Source of the DNA: Macrostomum lignano
Taxonomy: Eukaryota
Assembly (NCBI GenBank): GCA_002269645.1
Contig: NIVC01000597.1
Coordinates: 124,001-188,000 of the forward strand
Length of the DNA: 64,000 nucleotides
Reading direction: 5' to 3'
In this document: in pieces, positions 62,966-64,000 of the stretch
Numbering within the stretch: position 1 is the first letter of the stretch
Layout: every line of letters begins with the position of its first letter
Notes under the pieces: generated by a model
What the model was told of the DNA's origin: nothing
Database searches by the model: none
The model's input: only the letters and a program-made list of their open reading frames with translations
Program-made: the position numbers and the translations under genes

Positions 62966-64000
62966 AGTATGGAAAGCTACACATAGCATATGTTAATAGT
63001 AAGTTTATAACATACAAATAGTAATTTTTGTCATACCATTTTTCGGGACAATTCAATAGCGATTGAAGAGTGTCAGCAAACTCAGTGCGCGACGATTCAA
63101 GATCAGCAGAGCTGTGCATCTGAAATCATTTAACCATAGTCAATGATATGAATAGTGACAATTTAATAATGAATAATAGTTGCCAAATATTGATGCTATA
63201 GAAATCTATGGCATCATTGATTAGCCTCTTATTTCAGCAAATAAACTTATCAGATTAAGGGCTATTGTTGTTAAAATTAAATTTACAATTAAATTGATGT
63301 TGCTAAAAAGATGAATGCAGCAAAAGGATTATATCACCTAATAAGTCTAACCATTTAGTAAATTCAAAAATGCTGTTGCTTTTGTTTCTGCAGAAGAACC
63401 TTCCACATATGCAATACTAATGGCATGCTGTGGTAAAATGAAGAAAGCAGTAGTTTTCAATGCTTAACTTCTTAGCTACCAAATAACTAACTAATATAAA
63501 CTGTATTTACATGCTTACAATAGACAAATGCATTTATCATGGAAATATTTATATATCTAGAAAGAAAGCAATATAATCAAGTGATATCATAGGAAAAATG
63601 CAATCAACTTTTTTCATAGCCTAAAAATATAGCTTAAACTATTTTGTTAAATTATTTTTTTCCAAATAACAATTTTCAGGTAATAATTAAAGCTTTTACT
63701 TTGATTTTGGCTATTGAAAATAGGACCAAAAGAGCTGGGATTCCCTATTAGAATACTTTTCAAAAACATGAAGACACCGACGAATTTTAGGTGTTCTGTG
63801 TTACACTAATACCCTTTTTTCAAGGTGCACTAGATAGTAGACACCTAGTTAGATTTATATAGATAGGCACATTACTCTACATAAGCAATTTTTTTCAAGA
63901 TATACTGACTAGACTAGACACTTGATTCTAACATTCTTATATTGCACCACCATTAGAATGCAGATCATGATCTGCATTTAAATTATCTGCACTATCAATA

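Noticed and set aside
62313-63021. Three overlapping repeat ORFs
   Set aside because: 22-bp array cycling through all frames

Overview
AT-rich eukaryotic (animal) genomic DNA with GC-rich exons and introns packed with mini- and microsatellites. This style resembles the flatworm Macrostomum, but that is inference only and the species cannot be proven from the window. Nine GT-AG gene models were assembled by hand with consistent splice phases. They are: a partial Pro/Ser-rich gene (+, <1-16591); a 6-exon LRR-TM-TIR Toll-like receptor of the multiple-cysteine-cluster type with two degenerate TIR-like domains (-, 19163-28077); an uncharacterised 5-exon gene (+, 28591-33520); a GPI-anchored Ly6/three-finger gene (-); EXOC4/Sec8 (10 exons, -); PIGP (-); a secreted SRPBCC/START-fold gene (+); kynurenine formamidase AFMID nested antisense in the first coding intron of that gene; and LIN37 (-). 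Mobile DNA comprises an intact Mag-like Ty3/Gypsy LTR element with a 5-bp TSD, a 5'-truncated LINE with a 10-bp TSD, two different tRNA-derived SINEs with TSDs (one a CORE-SINE), a hAT MITE with an 8-bp TSD, and four head-to-tail 273-bp units embedded in (ATCT)n. Most of the long ORFs in the supplied track are artefacts of tandem repeats.
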